Positions 47,646 to 56,728 of a stretch of 62,479 nt of DNA are shown piece after piece. The notes under the pieces are model-generated. The model was not told the DNA's origin. It did no database searches and saw only the letters and a list, made by a program, of their open reading frames with translations. The stretch's first letter is position 1, and the number at the start of each line of letters is the position of its first letter. The DNA is from Deltaproteobacteria bacterium (GTDB lineage: Bacteria > Desulfobacterota > DSM-4660 > Desulfatiglandales > Desulfatiglandaceae). The stretch is taken from assembly GCA_021737425.1 (NCBI GenBank), contig JAIPDZ010000001.1, positions 1 through 62,479 of the forward strand, given 5' to 3'. The position numbers were made by a program, and so were the translations under genes.

Positions 47646-47704
47646 GGCTATCCAAAATATAAGGATTTCGGGAATGAGGCCATGCGATTGAAAGGAGATC
47701 TTAT

Positions 47705-50365
47705 ATGAAACAGGTAAGTCTTACCGTTAACGGCCACCCGCTGGAGATAATCGTGGATAACAAGATGGTCCTCCTGGACCTGCTCCGCGGTACCCTGGGC
47801 CTGACCGGAACCAAGCAATCCTGTGACCGCAAGGGCCAGTGCGGTGCTTGTACCGTGATCGTCAATGGGAATACCGCCCTGGCCTGTTTGACCAAAGTAT
47901 CCGGTTTGAACGGTGCTGAAGTGACCACGGTGGAAGGGTTGGGGACCCCGGATAATCCGCATCTCATCCAGGAGGCCTTTGTATTGGCAGGGGCGATCCA
48001 ATGCGGTTTTTGTACGCCCGGGATGATCATGGCCACCAAGGCCCTCTTGGATCAAAATGCTGATCCCGGTCGGGATGAAATAAAAAAGGCCCTGCGCCGA
48101 AACCTGTGCCGGTGCACGGGGTACACCAAAATCATCGATGCGGTGCAGCTGGCCGGCCGGTTCATCCGCGGTGAAACCACGCCAGACGCTGTTCGCCCGG
48201 CGGCCGATGCTGGTCCCATGGGAATAAACCATCCGCGACCCTCGGCCCTGTCCAAGGCCTGCGGGGTTGCCCCTTTCTCGGCCGATATCCGAATACCCGG
48301 CGCCCTGGAATTGGCTGCCCTGCGGAGCCCTCACGCCCACGCAAAAATCCGATCCATAGAGATCTCCGAAGCGCTTCAACAACCGGGCGTGGCCGGGGTG
48401 ATGACCGCCAAGGATATCCAAGGCACCAACCGGCTCAAGTATATAGTGGCAGACCGGCCGGTCCTGTGCGATGATCGGGTGCGCTACATTGGGGATCCGG
48501 TGGCGCTGGTGGCTGCGGAAACCCGGGAACAGGCCGCGGCCGCCTCAGACAAGATCAAAGTGGAATATGAATTGCTGCCGGTACTCTCAACCCCCCAGGA
48601 GGCCATGGCCGAGGATGCTGTTCAAATTCACGACCAATGGCCCAATCTGTGCTTCACCCAGCCCCAGATTAAGGGGGATGCCCCTACAGCCCTGACCCAT
48701 GCCAAGGCCGTGGTGGAAGCACATTTCAAAACGCAGATAAACCACCAGGCGCCGCTGGAACCGGAAGCCTGTGCAGCCTTTTTTGAAGGGGAAGGCGAAG
48801 ATGAGCAGCTGGTGGTCATCGGCCGGAGCATCAACATCCATCATCATCTGGGGATGCTCCAGGAAGCGGTGGGCTGGGAAAACATGCGTTATGAAGAGGC
48901 ATTTGCCGGGGGCCAGTTCGGCATTAAGATCGAGGTCACCTCGGAAGGCCTTGCTGCAGCCGCGGCCGTTCACTTCCGGCAGCCGGTCCGTTATACCCCT
49001 GATCTGGCTGAATCCATGCAGATGAGCCCCAAACGCCATTCGTTCAACATGAAGGTCAAACTGGGGGCAAACAGCGACAACCGGCTTACCGTCTTGGACA
49101 TGGATATGGTGGTGGATAACGGGGCCTATCACTCCAACGGGAATGTCATCGTCAACCGGGCCCTGCTGATGTTATCCGGGTCCTATCATATTCCGAATAT
49201 CCACTGTCAATCCCGGCTGGTCTACACCAATAACCCCTGGGGGAGCGCCGCCCGGGGAGCCGGTCCGCCTCAGGCCCACTTTGCCCTGGAATGTGCCATG
49301 GACATGCTGGCAAATGAATTGGGAGTGGATCCGCTCCAATTCAGGAAGGCCAATTCTCTCCACCCCGGCCAAAGCAAATCCACGGGGCAGGTCGTGGATG
49401 AATGGCCTTTTCCAGGGCTGTGCGACGCCCTGCGCCCCCATTATGAGCGGGCCGTACAGGAAGCGGACGAGGCTGCAGAAGGCCCCATCCTTCGCGGTGT
49501 GGGTCTTGCTGCGGGCGCATTCGGGATCGGCGGTCCCGGTGACAATGCGGTGGCCGCCATTGAACTGGATGACGACGGAGGCGTTACCGTGTACGCGGCA
49601 GCCGCAGACCCGGGCGAAGGCACCGATGCCATGCTGACCCAGTTGACGGCCAAGAGCATGAACCTGCCGTTTTACAAAGTGCGCTTGGTGACCCGGGATA
49701 CGGACCGAACCACGGCCACGGGCCCGGCTGCAGCCAGCCGGATTACGTTTATGGTGGGTGGAGCGGTGGTGGACGCCATCAACCAGCTCAAAAACGCCAT
49801 GGCCGAGGTAGGGGCCAAGACCGGAGAGGATCTGAAAAAGGCCGACAAACCCACCCGTTACATAGGTCGAAAAAAGGCCATGGAGGCCGGTCCATTGGAC
49901 CCGGAGACCGGCCAGGGTCCTTCCTTTGACTCCCAGGTCCACGCCCTTCAACTGGCTGAAGTGGAAGTGAATACAGATTCCGGTCATGTCCGGGTCACCA
50001 AGATGACCACCGCCTGCGATGCAGGGGTGTTGATCCATCCCCAAAACGTGGAAGGTCAACTCCATGGCGGCATGGATATGGGGACCGGGTTCGCGCTTCG
50101 GGAACAGTACGTGGCCGGCCAGACCAAGGATTGGGTCACCTTTCCCTACCCAAGCATGAAAACCGCCTTTGACATGGAGACCGTGCTGGTGCAGACCCCC
50201 CGGAAACGGGGCACCAACGGCGCGGTGGGCGTGGGCGAAATGACCATGGTACCCACGGCCCCGGCCGTCATAAATGCCATCCACAATGCCTGCGGGATCT
50301 GGGTGACCGAGTTACCGGCCGTCCCGGAGAAAATCAAGGCGGCCCTGTCTGCCCGGGAGTCCTAA
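47705..50365 (+). CDS. Mop-type aldehyde oxidoreductase (2x[2Fe-2S] fused to a molybdopterin-binding xanthine-oxidase-family domain, no FAD domain)
   Basis: N-terminal CDRKGQCGACTV and CGFCTPG..CRCTGY ferredoxin motifs, followed by the Mo-binding domains. 886 aa, the same architecture as the Desulfovibrio gigas MOP. Confidence 0.85.
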   Translation: MKQVSLTVNGHPLEIIVDNKMVLLDLLRGTLGLTGTKQSCDRKGQCGACTVIVNGNTALACLTKVSGLNGAEVTTVEGLGTPDNPHLIQEAFVLAGAIQCGFCTPGMIMATKALLDQNADPGRDEIKKALRRNLCRCTGYTKIIDAVQLAGRFIRGETTPDAVRPAADAGPMGINHPRPSALSKACGVAPFSADIRIPGALELAALRSPHAHAKIRSIEISEALQQPGVAGVMTAKDIQGTNRLKYIVADRPVLCDDRVRYIGDPVALVAAETREQAAAASDKIKVEYELLPVLSTPQEAMAEDAVQIHDQWPNLCFTQPQIKGDAPTALTHAKAVVEAHFKTQINHQAPLEPEACAAFFEGEGEDEQLVVIGRSINIHHHLGMLQEAVGWENMRYEEAFAGGQFGIKIEVTSEGLAAAAAVHFRQPVRYTPDLAESMQMSPKRHSFNMKVKLGANSDNRLTVLDMDMVVDNGAYHSNGNVIVNRALLMLSGSYHIPNIHCQSRLVYTNNPWGSAARGAGPPQAHFALECAMDMLANELGVDPLQFRKANSLHPGQSKSTGQVVDEWPFPGLCDALRPHYERAVQEADEAAEGPILRGVGLAAGAFGIGGPGDNAVAAIELDDDGGVTVYAAAADPGEGTDAMLTQLTAKSMNLPFYKVRLVTRDTDRTTATGPAAASRITFMVGGAVVDAINQLKNAMAEVGAKTGEDLKKADKPTRYIGRKKAMEAGPLDPETGQGPSFDSQVHALQLAEVEVNTDSGHVRVTKMTTACDAGVLIHPQNVEGQLHGGMDMGTGFALREQYVAGQTKDWVTFPYPSMKTAFDMETVLVQTPRKRGTNGAVGVGEMTMVPTAPAVINAIHNACGIWVTELPAVPEKIKAALSARES

Positions 50366-50367
50366 AG

Positions 50368-50709
50368 GTGACCGAATACCGGATCGGCGGCCCCACGGTC
50401 CGGGAGATCAATGGCCGTCGTATCCTGTTTGACGCTGAAGGCTTTTTTGAAGACCCTGACGACTGGTCCGAATCAGCAGCCCGCGAACTGGCCCGTGAAG
50501 CCGGCCTCGCCAGGATGACCGAGGACCATTGGCATGTGCTGCACTTCTTACGAGATTATTATTATCAGAACGGCCGGGCGCCCTTGAACAAGCAGTTAAA
50601 AACCGGCTTGGGGATGCGCATCCGTCAGGTTGAGAACCTTTTTCCCGAAGGGATCAAATACGGTGCCCGGAGGCTGGCCGGTTTGCCCAATCCCAAATCG
50701 TGCATGTAG
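50368..50709 (+). CDS. TusE/DsrC-family sulfur-relay protein (single C-terminal Cys, TusE-like)
   Basis: 113 aa with DAEGFFEDPDDWSE..MTEDHWHVLHFLRDYYYQNG...AGLPNPKSCM. It has the penultimate Cys but not the second DsrC Cys. The GTG start is 2 nt after the MOP stop. Confidence 0.8.
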   Translation: MTEYRIGGPTVREINGRRILFDAEGFFEDPDDWSESAARELAREAGLARMTEDHWHVLHFLRDYYYQNGRAPLNKQLKTGLGMRIRQVENLFPEGIKYGARRLAGLPNPKSCM

Positions 50710-50716
50710 TGGGGAT

Positions 50717-51880
50717 ATGGATATGGATGAATCGCAGAGCTACCTGGACCACGCAGCCACCACTTTTCCCCGGCCACCCGAAGTTCTGGACACCATGCTG
50801 GCCCAGTTTGCTGCCATGGGGTGTTCTCCGGGTCGAGGCGGTTATGATATGGCCGTTGAGGCTGAGGCGTTCGTTCAGGGGGTTCGGCAGCGCCTGGCAT
50901 CGTTTTTCGAGGCGGTTAGATCCGATCGCGTGGTGTTTGCAGCCAATGCTACAGATGCATTGAACCTCGCTATCTTCGGCCTCGCCAGACCTGGAATCCA
51001 CGTGGTCTCCACCCGCTTGGAACACAATTCCGTGCTTCGCCCCCTGTATCATCTCCAGCAAATCGGCAGGATTGAGTACACCCTGGTGGACTTTGATTCA
51101 CGCGGTTTTGTGGACCCCGATGACATTGCCGCGTCCCTCCAGCCGAATACGGGCCTGGTGGTGATCAATCATGCCTCCAATGTACTGGGCTCAGTCCAGC
51201 CCATCGGCGCCATCGGCCGCATATGCGCCCAGAACGGCATCCCCTTGTTGATCGACACAGCCCAGAGCGCCGGGCACGTGCCTATCCATATGACCGCATG
51301 GAATGTCAGTGCCCTTGCCTTCACAGGTCATAAGGCGTTACTGGGCCCCACCGGAATCGGCGGATTGGTGACAGCGCCTGATGTAGACATCGCCCCCACT
51401 CGATTTGGGGGCACGGGGGTGGATTCCCACAGCCTGTCTCAACCCCGATTCTTTCCCCAGAGACTGGAAGCAGGCACATTAAATATGCTGGGGATCATGG
51501 GGTTAAACGCCGGCCTGGACTATGTGGAGAAAATAGGGCTCCCAGAAAACCGTGATCGCGAAATGAGGCTTTTATCCCGGCTGCATCAAAAGCTGAGCGC
51601 CATTGAGGGGGTAACGGTCTACGGGTCTTTTCCAGATGGGCGGTACGTGCCGGTATTGAGCTGCAACATCGCGGATGTCCACCCCCAAGATGCCGGGACG
51701 ATTTTAGACGGTGATTATGGTATTGCGGTCCGTGCCGGGCTTCACTGCGCGCCATTGGTCCATGAGGATCTGGGCACATCCCCTCACGGTGCTGTACGGA
51801 TCAGTCTTGGTTGGAACACTACTGAAACAGATATTGACCGGGCCGTGACAGCCATAGCGGACATGGGGGCCGCCCGATGA
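50717..51880 (+). CDS. class V aminotransferase-fold cysteine desulfurase (CsdA/SufS/NifS-like)
   Basis: LDHAATT, the PLP-lysine motif AFTGHKALLGP, and C-terminal RAGLHCAPL with the catalytic Cys. The start is 7 nt after the TusE-like stop. Confidence 0.8.
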   Translation: MDMDESQSYLDHAATTFPRPPEVLDTMLAQFAAMGCSPGRGGYDMAVEAEAFVQGVRQRLASFFEAVRSDRVVFAANATDALNLAIFGLARPGIHVVSTRLEHNSVLRPLYHLQQIGRIEYTLVDFDSRGFVDPDDIAASLQPNTGLVVINHASNVLGSVQPIGAIGRICAQNGIPLLIDTAQSAGHVPIHMTAWNVSALAFTGHKALLGPTGIGGLVTAPDVDIAPTRFGGTGVDSHSLSQPRFFPQRLEAGTLNMLGIMGLNAGLDYVEKIGLPENRDREMRLLSRLHQKLSAIEGVTVYGSFPDGRYVPVLSCNIADVHPQDAGTILDGDYGIAVRAGLHCAPLVHEDLGTSPHGAVRISLGWNTTETDIDRAVTAIADMGAAR

Positions 51881-52206
51881 CACTCTCGGTCCCAGAAAAT
51901 ACGGCACCATGGGTCTTTTATGAATTAATGCAGTCTCTGGATCAAGCGTTTATGATGCGACAGGGACTGGCTGCCCAAGGGGTGGGGCAGTGGGGTGAAC
52001 AGCTCTTTTCTGCACTGAATGAACAATATCCGGCATGGGCCGATAAGAGCACGGAGATCTATATTGCCGCCAATCAGCTCCTGAACCATTTTGCCCGCAC
52101 CCAAACCGGTGCCTTGACCGCCGGATCAATCATCCGTAATCCGGAATCTTTTTTACGTTTGGTGCTCCTTGTACTCCAAAACGACCTGGTGCCGGTCAGG
52201 GGGTAA
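51877..52206 (+). CDS. hypothetical protein (109 aa), translationally coupled to the cysteine desulfurase
   Basis: ATGA start/stop overlap with the preceding gene. No recognisable motif. Confidence 0.5.
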   Translation: MTLSVPENTAPWVFYELMQSLDQAFMMRQGLAAQGVGQWGEQLFSALNEQYPAWADKSTEIYIAANQLLNHFARTQTGALTAGSIIRNPESFLRLVLLVLQNDLVPVRG

Positions 52207-52384
52207 GGGCTCGCTCAAAAATAAATTCACAGAATTGACGCTCAGATTTGGGTCAGATTTGATCGCCGTAATTGAGTGAAGCCACAGAAATAGTGAACTA
52301 TTTCGAGGACTTCACGATTGAGCGGCGGCCGAAGATGGCCCGAAGCTGAGATGGGAAAATGGGAAGTTATTTTTGAGTGAGCCC
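52207..52384. mobile_element. 178-bp MITE-like element with 18-bp terminal inverted repeats flanked by TAA
   Basis: GGGCTCGCTCAAAAATAA (52207-52224) and TTATTTTTGAGTGAGCCC (52367-52384) match as inverted repeats at 17 of 18 positions. TAA lies immediately outside both ends. There is an internal nested hairpin (52276-52315) and a TCAGATTTG tandem. No ORF. Confidence 0.35.
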
Positions 52385-52529
52385 TAAGGCAGTGATAAAC
52401 CGGTGCCGTCATGATAGGTCTGACCTCCTGGCCCATTGGGTCCGGAAAAATCGATCCTGCGTCCCACGGGAAAGTCAATTTCGTCGGGATAGCCGGCGCA
52501 TTGACCGGCTTTTATCCAATCCCTTTAGA

Positions 52530-54563
52530 TTACCCTTTTTCCAGTTTTACCGCACAGACTTTGTAGTCAGCCGTTTTGGAAACAGGATCCAGGAACGTCC
52601 CGAGAAGCCGGTTGGGATTGGCTTCATGAAAATGAAAGTCCATGAAGATGGCCCCTTCCGGCACCACATCGCCCAGAGTGACAGGGACGACGACCTCCCC
52701 CCGCCTGGAGGTGACCTTCAATAACCCTCCATCCTTCAACCCCAGCTTTTGGGCGTCTTTGACGTGCACCTGGGCCATGGGCCCGGGAAACTCCCGTTCA
52801 AGGGAGGGGCATCTGCCGGTCATGGTGCGGGTATGATAGTGGGCATACCGTCTACCGGTGGTCAAAACAAAAGGGTACTTCTCATCCGGCAGCTCCTCGG
52901 ACGGGCGATACTCAATGGCATGAAACAACCCTTTCCCCCGACTGAATCTATCCTTGTGAAGGAATGGGGTACCCGGATGGTCCAAAGACAGGCATGGCCA
53001 CTGGAGTTCCATGGATTCGAGGCGATCATAGGTAATTCCAGTAAAGCTGGGGGTCAGCTCCGCCATCTCATCGAACAGTTCTTCTGCAGAGCAATACGCC
53101 AGATCGAGTCCCAGTCGGCCGCCGAGGTCACAAAAAATCTGCCAGTTGGGTCTGGCCTGGCCCGGCGGTTCCACAGCCTTGCGAACCGGCTGAACCTTCC
53201 GCTCCGTGTTGGTAAATGTCCCTTCCACCTCCGCCCAGCAGGCCCCCGGCAGGACCACATGGGCCAGTTTTGCGGTTTCGGTGAGAAAGATATCCTGGAC
53301 CACCAAGAATTCTGCAGACTCCAGAGCCCGGATGACGTGATCCGTATTGGGATCGCTCTCCACAGAATTTTCACCAAAGATAAACATTCCTTTCACTGAA
53401 CCTTCAATCAGGCCGTCCATCATCTCAGGGATGGTGATGCCCACCTCAGGCGACAGCTCAGCACCCCAGGCTCGCTCAAATTTGCTCCTGACCCCTGGGT
53501 TGCTTACCACCTGATATCCCGGGTAGACGTTGGGAAGGGCTCCCATATCACATGCGCCCTGGACATTGTTTTGGCCCCTGAGCGGGTTGACCCCGGTGGA
53601 AGGCCTGCCGATATGCCCGGTCAGCAGGGCCAGGTTGGCCAGGGATTTGACATTATCCACACCGTGTGTATGCTCTGTAATACCAAGGGTATACAGAATG
53701 GTTGAGGTCTTTGAGGTGGCATAAAGCGCCGCAATTTCGTGCATGACATCCGAAGGAATACCGCAGATGGCGGATGCCTTGGCCGGCGAATAATTCTGAA
53801 CGGCGGCCTTGAATGGCTCAAAGTCTTCGGTTCGTTTTGCAATAAATGGCTCGTTGTGCCATTTGTTTTCCAGGATCTCATACATTAATCCATTCAAGAA
53901 GGCGACATCCGTCCCAAAATGTAGCCTGGCATGGATGTGGGAGAGCTCGGCCAGCTGCGTTTTACGCGGATCAACAACAATCAGCTTTGCACCCTTATCC
54001 AGCGCCTTGAATATCCGGTGGGCAATAAGCGGATGGGCCTCGGTGGTATTGGAGCCGATCACAAATATACAGTCGGCATCCTCTATTTCGGGAATGGAAT
54101 TGGTCATGGCGCCACTCCCAAACGCTGCGGCAAGACCTGCCACTGTCGGAGCGTGTCAGAGCCGTGCACAGTGATCCACATTATTTGTCCGGAATGCCGC
54201 TCGGCAGAGCTTCTGGAAAAGATAGTTCTCTTCATTGGTGGCCCGGGCTGAGCTGAGAAAGGCCATGCTGTCACCCCCATACTGATCCCGAATAGCCGAC
54301 AGCCTGGAAGCCACCAATGACAAAGCCTCTTCCCATGACGCTTCCTCCAACCGGCCCTTTTTGCGAATGAGGGGTTGGGTCAGCCGCTCAGGGCTCTGGA
54401 CAAACTCATGGGCATTCAATCCCTTAATGCATAGTTTTCCCTCATTCATGGGTGCACATTTATCCGGAATGGTTTGGATGAGTTCGCCGTCCAGTCTCAC
54501 CAGCCACATCTGGCACCCGCAGCCACAAAAGGGACAAGTGGTTCTTATGGTTTGGTAATCCAT
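52530..54563 (-). CDS. fdhA: cytoplasmic selenocysteine-containing formate dehydrogenase alpha subunit (FdhH-like, 677 aa)
   Basis: Track ORFs 54156-54563 and 52530-54143 join across TGA 54156-54158: ...[30 protein letters not shown], the canonical Fdh Sec motif. N-terminal CPFCGCGC 4Fe-4S motif and no Tat signal. Confidence 0.9.
54127..54158 (-). other. in-frame UGA (Sec) plus SECIS-like hairpin in fdhA
   Basis: UGA at 54158-54156. 12 nt later comes GUGGCA-GGUCU-UGCCGC (54143-54127), a 6-bp stem with an apical loop containing GGUC, as in the E. coli fdhF SECIS. Confidence 0.65.
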
Positions 54564-54727
54564 TTCTGGGCTCCTTATGAAGTATATAGATCGGCCCCTA
54601 CCGCCCTCTCACACCCTCCATAATCTGTATGAAAGAGATGTTCAGCAGTCTTACTTACCAAATCATAGGCGTTGGTACGCGGTAAGGCGTGAGACCCATT
54701 CAATGTTGATGCCGGCTTAACCTACCA

Positions 54728-54745
54728 TATATCAATTTTGACATA
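54728..54745 (+). promoter_or_regulatory. 18-nt AT-rich box TATATCAATTTTGACATA, copy 1 (operator candidate, fdhA side)
   Basis: Identical to the 18-mer at 54972-54989. It lies 165 nt upstream of the fdhA start on the opposite strand. Confidence 0.45.
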
Positions 54746-54971
54746 TGACATGGAAAGGATCTTTGTCAACCCAAAAAGATTTTATTAGAAAGGGGGAGGC
54801 GGAAGCGCTGCTCCTTAAGCACTACACCTCTGGGGCCCTCTCTCTTTCCATAGGACCCAAGGAACGCATTTTTTCCCACAGGCCACCCCAAAAACCATCA
54901 GCAGATTTTTTTGCCATTAAATTCAGAAAGTTGGCGACTAACATAAAAAATAGGATATACTTGTTGACTTT

Positions 54972-54989
54972 TATATCAATTTTGACATA
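54972..54989 (+). promoter_or_regulatory. 18-nt AT-rich box TATATCAATTTTGACATA, copy 2 (operator candidate, fmdE-fusion side)
   Basis: An exact repeat of 54728-54745, 46 nt upstream of ATG 55035. It overlaps possible -35 hexamers (TTGACT at 54964 and TTGACA at 54982). Confidence 0.45.
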
Positions 54990-55034
54990 AGGCTAATTTT
55001 ATTCAACTCAAACGATTTGCTTCTGGTGGTCTCA

Positions 55035-56669
55035 ATGAAGATTGGAAAATATTCTCTGGATGAATACAGCCGCCTTGTGGAATCCTTTCACGGATTTGCC
55101 GCTCCCGGCGTTCTCATGGGCGGGCTCATGGTTGAACTGGCCTCGAGGAATCTTCCCGAAGGCGAGCTTTTTGATGCCATCTCTGAAACCCCCAAATGCC
55201 TCCCCGATGCCATACAGCTTCTGAGTCCCGCCACGGTGGGCAACGGGTGGCTGAAAATACTGAATCTGAGCCGCTATGCCCTCAGTTTTTATGAGAAGTT
55301 CGAAGGGCATGGGATACGGGTCTTTGTTGATTCGGCCAAACTGGAACCATGGCCTGAGGTTAAAAACTGGTTTTTCAAGCTTGTCCCCAAACGGGAACAG
55401 GATTCCGATCGCCTACGGGATGAAATCAAAGAGGCGGGTTTCGACATCTATAGCCTTCAGAGGGTGACCGTTCACGCACGATTCCTTGACAAGAGAAGCC
55501 GGGGGAAAATGGTCACATGCCCCATCTGTGGAGAAGCATATCCTTCTGAAGACGGTGGCATCTGCAGGGGATGCCAAGGCGAAACGCCCTACATTGAGAC
55601 AGACAACACCCAGGAAGGAACACCGGAGAGTCCCTTCACATTCGTAAAGATCCCAGTGCAGGAAGCCGTGGGACGGCGTGCGTTACACGATATGACCATG
55701 ATCATTCCCGGGGAGAGCAAGGGGCCGGCCTTCAAACACGGACAGGAGATCACTGTCGGCGATCTCTGTCGTCTGCAGCAGATGGGAAGACGCCACCTGT
55801 ATGTGGAGGAAGACAACATCCCGGGACCCGAATGGATTCATGAAGACCAGGCCGCCCTGGCCTTCGGCCGCGCCATGTCCGGCCAGGGCGTGACGTTCAA
55901 AGAACCGCCGAGCGAAGGAAAGGTGAACTTTCTGGCCGAAAGGGACGGGCTTTTCGTTGTGGATGAAGACCGGCTGGAGCAATTCAATCTCGTCCCGGGT
56001 GTCATGTGTGCCACCCGGCAGAATTATTCCCTGGTCACCGAAGAAGGCGCCCTGGCCGGTTCCAGGGCCATTCCTCTCTTTCTACCGAAAAATGATTTTC
56101 AAAAGGCCCTGACCACCCTCGGTGATGAAAGTCTTTTCCGTGTCCTCCCTCTGCGACAGGCATCAGTGGGTATCCTGGTGACCGGGACAGAGGTGTTTCA
56201 GGGCCTGATAAAAGACAAGTTCGTACCCATTATCCGCGAAAAGGTTGAAAAACTGGGCTGCCGTGTCGTTCAGTCTCTGATTGTACCGGATGACAGAGAT
56301 GCAATATGCCGGAACGTCGAGCGTCTCGTCGATGCCGGCATTGACCTCCTGATCACCACTGCAGGGCTTTCCGTAGACCCGGACGATGTCACCCGACAGG
56401 CACTAATGGATGCCGGGACCACGGATATGGTCTACGGCGCGCCGGTCCTTCCCGGCGCAATGACCCTGCTGGCGAAGTTGGGAGCGGTACAGGTCATCGG
56501 AGTGCCCGCGTGCGCACTTTATTTCAAAACCACCAGTTTAGATCTCTTTCTTCCCAGATTGCTTGCCGGCTTAGAGATCACCCGGCGCGATCTGGCAAAA
56601 ATGGGTAACGGCGCGTTCTGTCTGACGTGTAAGACCTGTACCTATCCAAAATGCCCTTTTGGAAAATAG
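55035..56669 (+). CDS. FmdE-domain / zinc-ribbon / molybdopterin-binding (MoCF_biosynth, MoeA-like) fusion protein
   Basis: N-terminal FmdE-like segment (FHGFAAPGVLMGGLMV..CLPDAIQ), CPICG...CRGC ribbon, then GILVTGTEVFQG...LLITTAGLSVDPDDVT, a molybdopterin-binding fold. The C-terminus is Cys-rich (CLTCKTCTYPKCPFGK). Confidence 0.65.
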   Translation: MKIGKYSLDEYSRLVESFHGFAAPGVLMGGLMVELASRNLPEGELFDAISETPKCLPDAIQLLSPATVGNGWLKILNLSRYALSFYEKFEGHGIRVFVDSAKLEPWPEVKNWFFKLVPKREQDSDRLRDEIKEAGFDIYSLQRVTVHARFLDKRSRGKMVTCPICGEAYPSEDGGICRGCQGETPYIETDNTQEGTPESPFTFVKIPVQEAVGRRALHDMTMIIPGESKGPAFKHGQEITVGDLCRLQQMGRRHLYVEEDNIPGPEWIHEDQAALAFGRAMSGQGVTFKEPPSEGKVNFLAERDGLFVVDEDRLEQFNLVPGVMCATRQNYSLVTEEGALAGSRAIPLFLPKNDFQKALTTLGDESLFRVLPLRQASVGILVTGTEVFQGLIKDKFVPIIREKVEKLGCRVVQSLIVPDDRDAICRNVERLVDAGIDLLITTAGLSVDPDDVTRQALMDAGTTDMVYGAPVLPGAMTLLAKLGAVQVIGVPACALYFKTTSLDLFLPRLLAGLEITRRDLAKMGNGAFCLTCKTCTYPKCPFGK

Positions 56670-56728
56670 AACACGAGACACCGCTCTCGTGCCGATAAGG
56701 CATCACTCGCTCATAGACGAAAACGATC

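Noticed and set aside
47401-47655. 84-aa minus-strand ORF across the structured intergenic element
   Set aside because: It has a TTG start with no RBS, and it spans the palindrome and the hairpin-rich element. Its composition is not protein-like.
47389-47704. Moco riboswitch (or cobalamin, fluoride, c-di-GMP, SRP or 6S RNA) upstream of the Mo enzyme
   Set aside because: I looked for the conserved Moco core (GCCUCCGAGCC ... AAAGG), B12-box and GCCACUG features on both strands and found none. CUGAUGA is present but without hammerhead stems. The element is kept only as an unclassified structured region.
40588-50284. ORFs 40588-41187, 40851-41468, 43168-43992, 44626-45513, 47648-48421 and 49172-50284, opposite or out of frame with the bam-like genes and the aldehyde oxidoreductase
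   Set aside because: They overlap strongly supported genes and have low-complexity, biased composition.
54745-54990. 81-aa plus-strand ORF in the fdhA / fmdE-fusion divergent region
   Set aside because: It starts inside one 18-nt box and ends inside the other. It has no RBS and no similarity to anything I recognise, so it is more likely regulatory DNA.
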